20,000 bases of DNA from an uncultured virus (IMG/VR IMGVR_UViG_3300042880_000230) (IMGVR_UViG_3300042880_000230); one strand, 5' to 3'; positions 1 to 9,347 are shown, counted from the first letter of the stretch. Made by a program: numbers and translations. The notes: generated by a model not told the origin, from the sequence alone.

Positions 1-91
1 GACATGAGATGCTCTAGCACCTGTGTTCGCCTGTCCGGCCTATGAGCGCAATTGATGAGATAGACTCTGTCGAACAACTCTGTTAGTGTCT

Positions 92-283
92 TCATGGGTC
101 TACTGCTTCGCCACCGCCTTCTTCGCCACCGCCTTCTTCGCCACCGCCGCCTGAACCGCTAGGCAGGGGTGCAGAGCTTGATCCGCCAGAAGAGTAGACG
201 GAACTGCTAGACTCCGACACCGAGGTGCTAGTCTTTGCAGACCCGCTGGAAGACGAGGGGGAGGATGAGGAGGATGATGTCAT
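92..283 (-). CDS. Ser/Gly-rich low-complexity microprotein (63 aa)
   Basis: ATGA overlap with the upstream gene; 25 of 63 residues are Ser, using mixed codons; EEGGG repeats. Confidence 0.55.
   Translation of the reverse strand: MTSSSSSSPSSSSGSAKTSTSVSESSSSVYSSGGSSSAPLPSGSGGGGEEGGGEEGGGEAVDP
106..148. repeat. 15-bp tandem repeat, about 2.9 copies (GGGEE)
   Basis: cttcgccaccgcctt at 106-120 and 121-135, partial copy at 136-148. Confidence 0.95.
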
Positions 284-1758
284 TCGCGTGGGTAGGCAGA
301 GTTGATAAATGCTTCGTTAGCTTCAAACTGTTGGGCAGAGCGCGACGGGAATCGCATCCCGACAAATCCTTTCCGAATAGCCGTCAGTCGCACGCACACC
401 TTTGCAGGTCTCCTGCCGAATCGGTAGCACTCGACAATCAGTTCGCCGCGAACCACCCTAGCGCATCGCACTGGACCAGTATCTCCTGACGCACTACACA
501 CTTCGACAGTATCGTACTCGCAGACTGCCATGAAGCGAGGATCGACAGGCACCCGCGAAATCCGACCCTTGATCTTTAGCGTCATCACGTCATCGAACCT
601 AACATCAGGCATCTCATGCGCGAAGAGGGCAGCGTAGCCTGACGCGAGCCACGGTGCAGGCACGATAGCAGTGGACTTGTCAGAGCCGAGCGATGCAGAG
701 CTAGTGCTGGAGCCGGACGAAGAAGAGCTAGAGCCCGGGTCTATCTTGATCCCTGTTAGTGCAGGTGCAGCAATGACCCCTGTATGCCGCTGCTGTAGCC
801 ACAGAACGTCAGCGCCTGCCTCGTCTTTGACCGTGATGAACTCCGCTAGTAAAACGTGTCCGGTAGTTTCGGTGTTCACTGGAGCGGACGTAGTCGATAT
901 GATAGAGCCGCCCGTTGGTGTGTAGTAGTTGACCGTGATGCCGTTGATAGTCCTGCTAGCTTTAGAGAAATTGATCTGTGCGTAGACGCTGTGGCTAGCG
1001 GATACTGTAACGGATGCCCCGCCGATACCTACTTCCCGCAGCGAAGCAAACGGGATGCCTGTGACGGTAGCGCTAGCCCAGTCAGCGTAGGACACCCTGC
1101 CCGCAGAGAAATAGGCAGTGGTTGCGCCTGTCATCGCACCCGCAAACCCTAGCTTCCAGTCTAGCGTAGCCGCCTGCGGGCTATCTTCGTACACTTCCAC
1201 GCTAACAATCTTCACGGCTGCGCCCGACGCTACAAGCTCAAACTTGTTGAGCGCCACTAGCATCTCGCCGTCCTGTGCGGTTGGCGCTGTACCGTTTGCA
1301 AGGAATGCAACTTCAGCCCGCAGGGCCGACACACGAAGCCAGGAAATGTAAGTACCCGGCGCTAGCACTTTGTAGGGCGCGGGCGTAGCACTCAGCTTCG
1401 TATAGGTAGTAGACGGGTCGCCCTCATGCACCATAACGACAGAGCGCTCTATGCTGTGCGATCTCTGGCTAGTCGCGCCTACCGGGCGCTGCCGCAGCCA
1501 TTGCGATTGACCGTCCGTTAGGCTGACGCCGAACACGCCGCCTCGGTCTACGACGTAAGGGAAGAGGGAGCGGCGGGCATCAAGCGCCTCCTGCGCTAGC
1601 TCAATCACTACCATACTGCCTTCACGGCGAAGGCGAATGCCCGGTCCTTCCGAGACGCCTAGGCTGTTAGCGCCGACCTTGTTTACCTCCGCCGCAATCC
1701 GATTGAGCGCCGCAGCCAGTTCCGGCTGACCTGTGATTTTGAAGGTTCCTAGTGCCAT
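280..1758 (-). CDS. Putative tail-tip protein with poly-Ser linker
   Basis: ATG at 1758 (MALGTF), 4 nt after the upstream TAA, is preferred over 1815. Beta-rich body, GSSSSSSGSSTSSAS linker, then a distinct C-terminal domain starting KSTAIVPAPW. Confidence 0.65.
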   Translation of the reverse strand: MALGTFKITGQPELAAALNRIAAEVNKVGANSLGVSEGPGIRLRREGSMVVIELAQEALDARRSLFPYVVDRGGVFGVSLTDGQSQWLRQRPVGATSQRSHSIERSVVMVHEGDPSTTYTKLSATPAPYKVLAPGTYISWLRVSALRAEVAFLANGTAPTAQDGEMLVALNKFELVASGAAVKIVSVEVYEDSPQAATLDWKLGFAGAMTGATTAYFSAGRVSYADWASATVTGIPFASLREVGIGGASVTVSASHSVYAQINFSKASRTINGITVNYYTPTGGSIISTTSAPVNTETTGHVLLAEFITVKDEAGADVLWLQQRHTGVIAAPALTGIKIDPGSSSSSSGSSTSSASLGSDKSTAIVPAPWLASGYAALFAHEMPDVRFDDVMTLKIKGRISRVPVDPRFMAVCEYDTVEVCSASGDTGPVRCARVVRGELIVECYRFGRRPAKVCVRLTAIRKGFVGMRFPSRSAQQFEANEAFINSAYPRE

Positions 1759-1762
1759 GGCG

Positions 1763-2536
1763 TTAGTAAATGTCGGCGTCCCATCCAGCCCTACCTGACA
1801 GCTTCCAGCTTTCATGCAAGCGAAGACCGTTGCCGACGGTCTCCATCCGAGCAGTAGACTTGAGCCATGTGCGCGTGCCTACGTTAGGGAGGAGGTACGA
1901 AGCTGGCGGTGTGTCGATCTTGCCTAGAGATGCTAGGTTGATGCCTTGCGTTATCTTCGTGCGGTCAGGGATGGTGCGAACGCGGGTGTAGACTAGCCCT
2001 GGGCTATAGTAGGACTTGATTCCGGCCTTGGGGTTAGGCGCTCCAGAGATGAGCGGTCGGAAGCCTAGGAACTCTCCTGTCTTTTTGTCGAACTCGGCAC
2101 CATTCTTCCACGTTGCAGGATCGGCAGGCTTGCCAGCAAACTCCGGGAAGTCAGGGTGCGTCTCAATAGGCTCGCTGTCTGTGGCTCCTTCCAGCGTGTA
2201 CGTTACAAGCTCACCGTCCTCGCCTGTAGCCTGCTCCGGCATACCCGGCCCATTGCTGCCGGGAGAAGGCTCTGGATCGACTCCTTCAAAATTCACGCTA
2301 ACAGTCGCCAGGTAGCCTTCGATCCTCCTGATGGTAGCCTTCTTCCGCATAAGCCAGGAAAATTCTGGATGCACTTTGAGCGCCCTGACTAGCCTAATGG
2401 CATCGTCGTACTTGCAGGTGTACTCAAGCACGGCGCTGCCTACTCCGCTGTCGTCGATCTCTATGCTATGGTCAACGCCTTCGACTAGCGTTGCCAGGGA
2501 GCTACCAATGTAGAGGATTCTGCTAGTGTCTGCCAT
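1763..2536 (-). CDS. Putative distal tail / tail-tip protein
   Basis: Immediately downstream of the tape measure gene; contains EPIETHPDF. Function inferred from synteny. Confidence 0.55.
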   Translation of the reverse strand: MADTSRILYIGSSLATLVEGVDHSIEIDDSGVGSAVLEYTCKYDDAIRLVRALKVHPEFSWLMRKKATIRRIEGYLATVSVNFEGVDPEPSPGSNGPGMPEQATGEDGELVTYTLEGATDSEPIETHPDFPEFAGKPADPATWKNGAEFDKKTGEFLGFRPLISGAPNPKAGIKSYYSPGLVYTRVRTIPDRTKITQGINLASLGKIDTPPASYLLPNVGTRTWLKSTARMETVGNGLRLHESWKLSGRAGWDADIY

Positions 2537-2543
2537 AATGTTA

Positions 2544-4925
2544 TCAGGTTGAAGTCACGCGGAGAACTGACGTATTGCTAGTATTTTTCGAGATGCGTTC
2601 AAGCTCGGAAAGGATAGCCCTGTCCAGAGTGCCGCCTGCGGATGCAGGAGACGTGCCGCCTAGCAGAGTATTAGTCTTTGCCGAGTTCTCGTTGATAGAC
2701 TGCAAAGTCGTTAGCTGCTGGCGCTGAACTTCCGCAGGGTCTTGCTTGCCCGCAAAGAATCCGCCGCCACCGCCCATGCTCTGCAAAGAGTCCGCCACGC
2801 CTTGAAAGCTAGGCCCGTTCTTAGCTTTATCGGCACGGGCATTTACTAGCCGTTCTGCAAGCGATGCTGCTTCGATGTCGCTAACGCCTGTAGCTTCGAT
2901 GATAGAACGCTTCTCGCGTAGCAGGTCGATCTCGCGCTGTATCCGGTCAGCCGCAGTAGTGTCGCCCGCAGCCTCGGCTTCTGCCGCTGCGATGCTGCGC
3001 ATAATATCCTCCTTAGACTGCGCCTGCTTCTTTTCCTTGTCCATCTGCTCGGAACTTTTCAGAGCTTGGCTAGGGTTCCACTTGGTAGGGTCGAACTTGA
3101 AGAAAGATGATAGTCCGGCGGCTGGCCTGATGTCCTTCTGCGCATTCTTTGCCCACATCGCAGCCTCCGCGTTGCGCTTGTTCTCGTAGAAGATTCCACC
3201 GAGCGCATCCTTAAGAAGGTTAGCGTCTACAGCTAGCTCGGCGTAGTATGATTTGGTTTTACCGCTGGCACCTTCAATGCCTTCGGCCCTCGTTCTCTCT
3301 AGCACTTTCTGGAATTGCTCAAGAGCCTCTGTGCTTTTACGCATTTCCTCTTCAGTCTTCGATTCCAGAATAGTCTTGTTAATCGCAACGAACTGCTCGC
3401 GCAGGGCGCGGAGATTAACGACCGCACCTCCGTCGCTATTATTGCTCATTGCCGATATTGCAGAACCCATAAGACCTACCATTTGCGTAAGCCCGTCCAC
3501 TGCGGATTTGATAGGACCGCCAGCCATAGACCCTATGCGAACCTGAAGGTCGTCTACGGCATTGCCTAGCTTTTTCGCACTGCCTGCCGCAGTATCACCG
3601 ATAGCTTGCTCAAACCTAGCGCCAGCGCCCGCTGCGCTTTCCATCTTAGCCTGCATAGCCCCGAAGCTGCTAGCGTTTGCGGCTAGGATAGAAGAGATGT
3701 CAAGGTTTTCCGCTCCGAAGAGTTTTACTAGCGTGCTTTGGTCAAGCCGCGCTAGCTTTTTCATGATGTCTTCAACCGAGTTTAAGCTAGGCGATAGCTC
3801 ATACGCGGCCACGCCTGCGCTAGCCATAGCCTCTTCCGCGTCCTTGGTAGGCGCTACCAGCCTAGCAAATATTGCGCCTAGACCGCGACCAGCCATGCCG
3901 CCCCTGACACCGTTGTTTGCCAAGATTGCCAGTGCCGCCGACACTGTCTCAATCGGGATTTTCATCGCGGACGCAACAGGCGCAATGAACTTCATGGACT
4001 CACCCATGTCGTCGATGGAAGCAGGCGATGCGTTAGCGGCTGCCGTTAGCGTGTCGATAATCCGTGTCGTGTCTTTTGCGCCTAGCTGAAACGCCGACAT
4101 AGAGGCGACCATAATTTCGGCAGCACGGCCCATCTGAATTTCTCCCGCCGCCGCTAGGCGAAGCGTAGCTGTTAGCGAGCCAGCAGCCTGCTCGGCGCTC
4201 ATACCTGCCGCTACTAGCTCCCGCAGTCCTCCCGCCTTTTCGATAGAGTTGAAGGCGTTACTTCCTGACAGAGCGGCTTCCCTAAGAGTATTGAATGCGG
4301 CGGACGTTTTGTCGATCTCACCTACCGCAGCGACTCCAGCCATAGCCTGCTCAAAGTCCATAGCGTCCTTGATCGTGTCCCGCATAACCGCGCCAGTCGC
4401 CGCAAGCACAGCCGCAGGAGCGGCGAATCTTCCTAGCATCGACAGATTTAGCATGCCGCCTCCACCCGCGCCGCCACCCGCGTCAGCGACGCTAGCGCTA
4501 CCGCCGCTCATGACCGCAGTGCGGTGCCGAGACGTTACGCTCTGCTGCGAGCGCTTAGATACGGAATTGATAGCAGTAGACGCTCTGTTAGCATTAGCGG
4601 CGACAAGGGCTAGAGAGGACGCCATCGTCGCCAGCACCTGCTCTATCCCTGCTAGCTTACTCGCGGACGAGGCTAGCTGACTTGCAGAGTTTGAGCTAGC
4701 CAGCAGCTTCTTGTCAAGATCCCCGGTCGCTGTAGCCATCGCGTTCATCCGCTTGACGATAGCTTCAGAAGGTAGGCTTTTTTCCAGCCGGGTGAACATC
4801 GACATGACCCGCGAAGTACGGCCCTCCAGCCTAGCCAATCCCATGTCGATCTGCTTCAACCCGGCCAAAGCATTGCTAGGGTCGGAGAGGAAGTCAATTC
4901 CTACATTGGATTGGGTAGTACTCAT
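2544..4925 (-). CDS. Tail tape measure protein (TP901-type core)
   Basis: 793 aa, Ala-rich, helical; DFEQAMAGVAAV, GESMKFIAPVA, LANNGVRGGMAGRGL, KLFGAE. Confidence 0.95.
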   Translation of the reverse strand: MSTTQSNVGIDFLSDPSNALAGLKQIDMGLARLEGRTSRVMSMFTRLEKSLPSEAIVKRMNAMATATGDLDKKLLASSNSASQLASSASKLAGIEQVLATMASSLALVAANANRASTAINSVSKRSQQSVTSRHRTAVMSGGSASVADAGGGAGGGGMLNLSMLGRFAAPAAVLAATGAVMRDTIKDAMDFEQAMAGVAAVGEIDKTSAAFNTLREAALSGSNAFNSIEKAGGLRELVAAGMSAEQAAGSLTATLRLAAAGEIQMGRAAEIMVASMSAFQLGAKDTTRIIDTLTAAANASPASIDDMGESMKFIAPVASAMKIPIETVSAALAILANNGVRGGMAGRGLGAIFARLVAPTKDAEEAMASAGVAAYELSPSLNSVEDIMKKLARLDQSTLVKLFGAENLDISSILAANASSFGAMQAKMESAAGAGARFEQAIGDTAAGSAKKLGNAVDDLQVRIGSMAGGPIKSAVDGLTQMVGLMGSAISAMSNNSDGGAVVNLRALREQFVAINKTILESKTEEEMRKSTEALEQFQKVLERTRAEGIEGASGKTKSYYAELAVDANLLKDALGGIFYENKRNAEAAMWAKNAQKDIRPAAGLSSFFKFDPTKWNPSQALKSSEQMDKEKKQAQSKEDIMRSIAAAEAEAAGDTTAADRIQREIDLLREKRSIIEATGVSDIEAASLAERLVNARADKAKNGPSFQGVADSLQSMGGGGGFFAGKQDPAEVQRQQLTTLQSINENSAKTNTLLGGTSPASAGGTLDRAILSELERISKNTSNTSVLRVTST

Positions 4926-4926
4926 G

Positions 4927-5094
4927 TTAGTGCAGGTGTCGGCAGATTAGTCCTTGAGTGGCGAAGTGACAGTGTTCGTAACTGAATGCAGTAGCTAGCG
5001 ATATGTCGTGTAGAATTTGATCCGGCAGAAGCCCACTAACCGCCCGCACTGAAACAATCAGTCTGATTGGCCAGGGGGCGTGCAGTCGTTTCCC
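4927..5094 (-). CDS. -1 frameshift extension of the tail chaperone (gpGT analogue)
   Basis: From GGGAAAC (5088-5094) the -1 frame reads GKRLHAPWPIRLIVSVRAVSGLLPDQILHDISLATAFSYEHCHFATQGLICRHLH* and ends at TAA 4927-4929, 1 nt before the tape measure ATG. Confidence 0.85.
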   Translation of the reverse strand, partial: GKRLHAPWPIRLIVSVRAVSGLLPDQILHDISLATAFSYEHCHFATQGLICRHLH

Positions 5095-5603
5095 TCCGTG
5101 CGGGGTAGGCCCGGAGTAGCGGGAGCGCTAGCTAGAACGCGAGTGCGCCCGCCGTCCTGAAGGTACTGCGTCACTTCTGACACTAGCTCAAACACCGCAG
5201 GGCCGTAAGGGATGGACGCGGAGAACTCCTCGACCTGCTGCCTGTAGTCGGGCGCTTTCGAGACGGCTAGCGCTTCTCGGCTAGTAGGCAGGCTGCCGAT
5301 AAATACGACCTCGCACGCAGCCAGCACGGTGTCTGCCACGTTATCGGCTTTCGCTGTGACTAGCGCATTGTTGCTGCGCATGAAGATCATCAGGTCGGAC
5401 AGGGTCAGGCACCGGAGATTAAAGCCTGCGACAACCCATCCGCTTCCATCCAGACCCGCCGCCTCACCCTCACCGATAACCAGTTTCGCAGCCTCCTCAT
5501 CCGGCAGCGCGGGAGACGCGCCGCCGCCTAGCACTGCGTCCAGTTGCTTGTCTTCTTCGCTGTACGCTGCGGCAGGCTGTGCTGTTGCTCTCTTAGGTCT
5601 CAT
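5058..5603 (-). CDS. Tail assembly chaperone (lambda gpG analogue)
   Basis: Directly upstream of the tape measure gene; in-phase slippery heptamer G GGA AAC near the 3' end. Confidence 0.8.
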   Translation of the reverse strand: MRPKRATAQPAAAYSEEDKQLDAVLGGGASPALPDEEAAKLVIGEGEAAGLDGSGWVVAGFNLRCLTLSDLMIFMRSNNALVTAKADNVADTVLAACEVVFIGSLPTSREALAVSKAPDYRQQVEEFSASIPYGPAVFELVSEVTQYLQDGGRTRVLASAPATPGLPRTEGNDCTPPGQSD

Positions 5604-6133
5604 TCTTGTGGGGTGGTGGTGGGTAATTGTGTTTCCGGCGTATGCACTAGCCGTTCAAGTGCGGAGGGTACAGGCTCGGCAGTCGCAGGCTTCATCCCTC
5701 GGCGCAAAGCCGCGATGTGCTTGCGAGATCCTTCTGTTAGCCAGAGGTGCGTCTTGACTCCCTGCTGGTCGTGTACCGCCATAGGCACCACAGCCCGTTC
5801 TGACAGGTGCTTGCGTTCGATGTCTGCGAAGTTGATAATAGCGGCTAGCGCAAATGAGAGCGGGCAGACAGGGTTTTCCGCGACATAACGGAATGGGTCG
5901 CTAGACGCTACTAGCGCTTTCGATACGTCCACGATTCTCTCAGGATCGTGCGACTGGAAAATGAAGATCGCCTGCCTGTGTCCGCTAGCGTACTGGACAA
6001 GTTTTGCAGGTCTTGCAAGTGGCACCCCCACAGAGAGGAGTGCGGCGGCTAGCACCCGGTCTTTGACCACATAGGTGTTGCGGTTCTGTAGGTCCACGCC
6101 TTTGGCGCGAATAGCGTTAGTGTCTCTGGCCAT
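5600..6133 (-). CDS. Hypothetical protein in the tail operon
   Basis: ATG at 6133 (MARDT) is preferred over the listed GTG at 6157, which lies inside the hairpin. Contains KDRVLAAALLSVGVPL; ATGA overlap with the chaperone gene. Confidence 0.65.
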   Translation of the reverse strand: MARDTNAIRAKGVDLQNRNTYVVKDRVLAAALLSVGVPLARPAKLVQYASGHRQAIFIFQSHDPERIVDVSKALVASSDPFRYVAENPVCPLSFALAAIINFADIERKHLSERAVVPMAVHDQQGVKTHLWLTEGSRKHIAALRRGMKPATAEPVPSALERLVHTPETQLPTTTPQE

Positions 6134-6162
6134 AAAAGTTAGCCGGGGAATTAGCACCCGGC
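6134..6162 (-). terminator. Possible weak terminator/hairpin after the tail tube gene
   Basis: Minus strand GCCGGG-tgctaattc-CCCGGC followed by TAACTTTT just before the next ATG. Confidence 0.35.
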
Positions 6163-6183
6163 AGGGTTAGAACTCAGCCTGCG

Positions 6184-6561
6184 TTAGGCTCCGATAGCGT
6201 CCCAGCTCTTCAGCGAAACCACTGTCTGGATGTAGTCTTCATTGGAGAGGGTGACTTGGATCTTTGTGATGTAGAGCGTGCCGACGATCAGTTCACCGGA
6301 GAACACGGCAGCGTTAGCGAGGACCACAGTATCGCCCACGTCGTCGTTACTAGTGCCCGGTGCGCCGTAGCCAGTGATTTCCACTTCGTTGCCGCGATTG
6401 TAGAAGGCCGCGTTGCACACCTCTCCGCATCCGTTACGGATTTCCTTCAGGTCGCTACTGAGCGTGAAGGAGACGGACTGGGTTTTCAGGGACAGCTCTT
6501 CGTCAGGCACGCCCCACACGGGCGGACCAGAGCCGACATTTACAAGGTTAGCGCATGCCAT
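6184..6561 (-). CDS. Putative major tail (tube) protein, compact 125 aa
   Basis: Acidic, beta-strand pattern; synteny upstream of chaperone and tape measure; has its own promoter-like element and a downstream hairpin. Confidence 0.6.
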   Translation of the reverse strand: MACANLVNVGSGPPVWGVPDEELSLKTQSVSFTLSSDLKEIRNGCGEVCNAAFYNRGNEVEITGYGAPGTSNDDVGDTVVLANAAVFSGELIVGTLYITKIQVTLSNEDYIQTVVSLKSWDAIGA

Positions 6562-6594
6562 AAGTTGTGAGTAGAGTCAGGGTTAGTGTCCCGA

Positions 6595-6626
6595 ACTGAA
6601 CCACATACCCGGCTCCATGTCAATAC
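6595..6626 (-). promoter_or_regulatory. Candidate promoter for the tail tube gene
   Basis: Minus strand gtaTTGACA-N12-TGTGg-TTCAGT: perfect -35, 17-nt spacer, extended -10-like TG. Confidence 0.5.
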
Positions 6627-6634
6627 CCTGGCGG

Positions 6635-7249
6635 CTATTCCTCTGACGTGCATAGCCTGCGCTGCGCCCGGTACATGGACGGAACGCGAGCCGCTATGGT
6701 CAGGATGGTCTCGTAGTATATCTCTGACTCCACTTCCGGCAGCGTGGTATTGTAGACGATTGGCCAGGCAGAGGAACCGTCCAGCGTGGCGTCGGTCTTG
6801 CCGCTGTCGTCCATCTCTATCGCGTCCATTACTAGCGCAACCCAATCCTCGTGGCCTAGCTTAGAGCCTGCCACCGTAGGGTGCGGGTTGAGAGCGCCTG
6901 CCGCGATAGATGTTAGAATGGAAATCTGAATCTGCCTGACCGCCGTAGTAGGTGAGTCTTTCGCCCCTTGCTTCGGCATCGTAGGCCCTAGCGCTCCTGC
7001 GTAGTCACTGCGGGTTTCGGTAGTCAGTGTGCCTCGGTATCGGACGCATGGAAGCTCGCCCTCGCCGATGTCTTCAAATGCACTGCTTGCAAAAAGTACG
7101 CTCGCGCCGGAAGCCGAAGTCTTAACAGGCAGTTTCATTCCGGCTAGCATCCGCCCTGCGGCATGGTCGCGGGCTAGCCTTTTGAAGATGCAGGCTATAG
7201 GAGCGTTATAGACGGCGAATCGTGAGGTGTTAGGGATTGGTGTCTTCAT
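6635..7249 (-). CDS. Putative tail terminator / tail completion protein
   Basis: Synteny only (between the gp10-like and tail tube genes); TAATG overlap with the upstream gene. Confidence 0.45.
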   Translation of the reverse strand: MKTPIPNTSRFAVYNAPIACIFKRLARDHAAGRMLAGMKLPVKTSASGASVLFASSAFEDIGEGELPCVRYRGTLTTETRSDYAGALGPTMPKQGAKDSPTTAVRQIQISILTSIAAGALNPHPTVAGSKLGHEDWVALVMDAIEMDDSGKTDATLDGSSAWPIVYNTTLPEVESEIYYETILTIAARVPSMYRAQRRLCTSEE

Positions 7250-7788
7250 TACATGGAAAGTACGGCTTGAATAAACTGGCGCATCGAGGCCCGAGCAGTC
7301 AGTCTCATAAAGGGCAGGGCGTCTCTAACGATCCACATAGGACGAATCCCGCGCACCCTTTTAGCAAAGACGAAGTCACGGCCTGCGCGAAACTTAGGCT
7401 TACGCTTCGCAGCCCTAGCCTCAATCAGCTCCTGCACTACGACCCTAGGGCCAGCCTGCGCGGCGCGTCTAGTTAGGGGTACGAATAGCCGCTTGGCGTT
7501 TTTAGGGCCGTGGGCTTTAGTGCCTCGCTCAAGGAACACCATAGTCTTCGACGTATTTACAACCATGATGGCTGCTCCGCCTCTGGTAGACACGCTGTTG
7601 CGGACTGCCCACGCCTTCCTTGTTAGGCCAGTCCACCGTTTAGGCGTCCGAAGTACCATGCGACCGCGCCATACTTCGGCAATCCGGCGCATCACCTTGT
7701 CCTGCGCCTCGGGCGTCAGCGCAATCCGCAGCCTGCGCAGTTTTTTGCGCAGGTCTTGGGTGTTAGCGATGACACGGATTAAAGCCAT
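7249..7788 (-). CDS. HK97 gp10-like neck/tail-completion protein
   Basis: Very basic; RTPKRWTGLTRKAW, MVFLERGT, VRGIRP. Confidence 0.75.
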   Translation of the reverse strand: MALIRVIANTQDLRKKLRRLRIALTPEAQDKVMRRIAEVWRGRMVLRTPKRWTGLTRKAWAVRNSVSTRGGAAIMVVNTSKTMVFLERGTKAHGPKNAKRLFVPLTRRAAQAGPRVVVQELIEARAAKRKPKFRAGRDFVFAKRVRGIRPMWIVRDALPFMRLTARASMRQFIQAVLSM

Positions 7789-7789
7789 A

Positions 7790-8395
7790 TCACATGACCC
7801 GATGAGCGGTTAGGCGCATCTTGCGGAGGGACGCTTCCACTTCCCTAGGGATGCTCTGCACTAGCACGGTCTCGCTGGAGCCGTCGATAGACCGGGAAGA
7901 CTTCTTCCACATCCCTGACAGAACTGCGGCAATGCGGATCGCGGCATCGTTAATGTCGAACGGAAGAGACGGAGGTGGTGTGTTGTTAGCATCAATCTCG
8001 CTCAAGGCATAGCCGAAGGTGCCTTTGATGCGGATGATACTGCCAGTGTACGGGATAGCGCCCCACGTCCCGTTAGAGCGAATAGTGCGCTCGCCTACCG
8101 TAAACTGGTAGTCATCTTCCTCTCCTTCGGCTAGCGTCTCTCCTTCCTGCACGACCTCGGTAAGCGTTATGATAGGGAACGGGAGCAGGATGAAGCTGTC
8201 CAGCACGTCCCGCTTGTCTACGGGGTAGGCGGTAACGCTGTAGTCCTGGAACCATGAGCTAGCACCTAGCCTCTGATCGACATACCGAGAGGCGCGATTA
8301 ACCGCTTCCTCGAACTTTGCCTCAAGGTCTGGGTTGTCGTTACTGATGAAGTCGCGCAGTTGCTGGACAGTGCAGTAGGGGCGGTCGAGTGGCAT
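7790..8395 (-). CDS. Head-tail connector/adaptor (HK97 gp6 / SPP1 gp15-like)
   Basis: YCTVQQLRDFI, RASRYVD, IRIKGTFGY, LPFDINDAAIRIA; position after the capsid gene. Confidence 0.8.
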   Translation of the reverse strand: MPLDRPYCTVQQLRDFISNDNPDLEAKFEEAVNRASRYVDQRLGASSWFQDYSVTAYPVDKRDVLDSFILLPFPIITLTEVVQEGETLAEGEEDDYQFTVGERTIRSNGTWGAIPYTGSIIRIKGTFGYALSEIDANNTPPPSLPFDINDAAIRIAAVLSGMWKKSSRSIDGSSETVLVQSIPREVEASLRKMRLTAHRVM

Positions 8396-8425
8396 AGGTG
8401 CTAGCGTTAGGTGTGTTCGGTTAGT

Positions 8426-8620
8426 TCACTTCGTCTGCCCGAGAGGTCCGGGCTTCGTCATAGGCTTGCCCGCTAGCTTCCTGCGGACAAGGCGAATAGC
8501 TTCTTCCGAGCTAGGACCGCCTCTGCCGTACTGCTTTGCCAGCGCCGTTTTTTCGGCAGGCTCCAGTCCGGCATCCGCTAGCCAGCGCCCGAATGTTGCT
8601 TGGTCGATGCTAGGGTTCAT
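8426..8620 (-). CDS. Small hypothetical protein (64 aa)
   Basis: ATGA overlap with the upstream gene; fills the gap in the operon. Confidence 0.6.
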   Translation of the reverse strand: MNPSIDQATFGRWLADAGLEPAEKTALAKQYGRGGPSSEEAIRLVRRKLAGKPMTKPGPLGQTK

Positions 8621-9219
8621 TTGTGGGCGCGTTTACGAGCAGGCCCTTTGACAGGCGGTTCGACTTCCTTCTCCTCTTCAGCGCTAGGCTCTTCCTCCTG
8701 CACAGTCGCAGTGTCCGCAGAGTCTCCAGCGTCAGGCTTTAGCTGCTCTCCTGTATCTTGCCCTTCAGAACTACCCTCGCTAGCTTCTTCTTCATCGCGG
8801 CTAGGGGCAGGGCAGTTTCCTCTTTCTTGCGGGGTAAGAGTGTCCCAGCCATGAGCGCGTGCGGCGCGGCGGATATTGTCTACGATGTCGTCGATAGTGT
8901 TATGCTCAAAGACATCTACACGCAGCCCTAGCTCATTCATAGCTACGGCAATGTTAAGCACAGTATGCCGAGACATCGAACGAATGTAGCTAGCTGCATG
9001 CCTGCTACTCCAGTCGATGTGACGAAGATCATAGGTTGCTCTACCTCGTAGCGGGATAATTTTTTCTGGCAACTCCTGCTCGGATAGCGGCTCAAAATCA
9101 CCGCTGCTCATAGCATTTAGTTCTTCATCTAGGTGCAGGTCAACATGGTCGCCTACCTTAGTGAATCCGAAACGCCCGACGAATCCGGGAAGTCCTTTAT
9201 AGATGTGGGTGCGTGGCAT
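8617..9219 (-). CDS. Hypothetical protein with acidic disordered C-terminus
   Basis: 200 aa directly after the capsid gene; Glu/Ser-rich tail ending in basic KGPARKRAHK, a pattern common at this position in phages. Confidence 0.7.
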   Translation of the reverse strand: MPRTHIYKGLPGFVGRFGFTKVGDHVDLHLDEELNAMSSGDFEPLSEQELPEKIIPLRGRATYDLRHIDWSSRHAASYIRSMSRHTVLNIAVAMNELGLRVDVFEHNTIDDIVDNIRRAARAHGWDTLTPQERGNCPAPSRDEEEASEGSSEGQDTGEQLKPDAGDSADTATVQEEEPSAEEEKEVEPPVKGPARKRAHK

Positions 9220-9261
9220 AGCAGAGTTAGCTTGGTTAGTGTTAGCGGTTAGCCGCGAAAG

Positions 9262-9290
9262 ATACTAGCGCTGAAATGCAGCACTTGCAA
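9262..9290 (-). promoter_or_regulatory. Candidate sigma70-like promoter for head-completion/tail genes
   Basis: Minus strand TTGCAA-N17-TAGTAT immediately after the terminator, 42 nt upstream of the ATG at 9219. Confidence 0.55.
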
Positions 9291-9328
9291 ATGAAAGTCC
9301 CGCCCTCGGTAATTCCAAGGGCGGGACT
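9289..9328 (-). terminator. Intrinsic terminator after the capsid gene
   Basis: 11-bp perfect stem agtcccgccct (9296-9306) / agggcgggact (9318-9328), followed by TTCATTT on the minus strand, about 20 nt after the capsid stop. Confidence 0.75.
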
Positions 9329-9347
9329 GTAGTCATACTGCTAGAGA

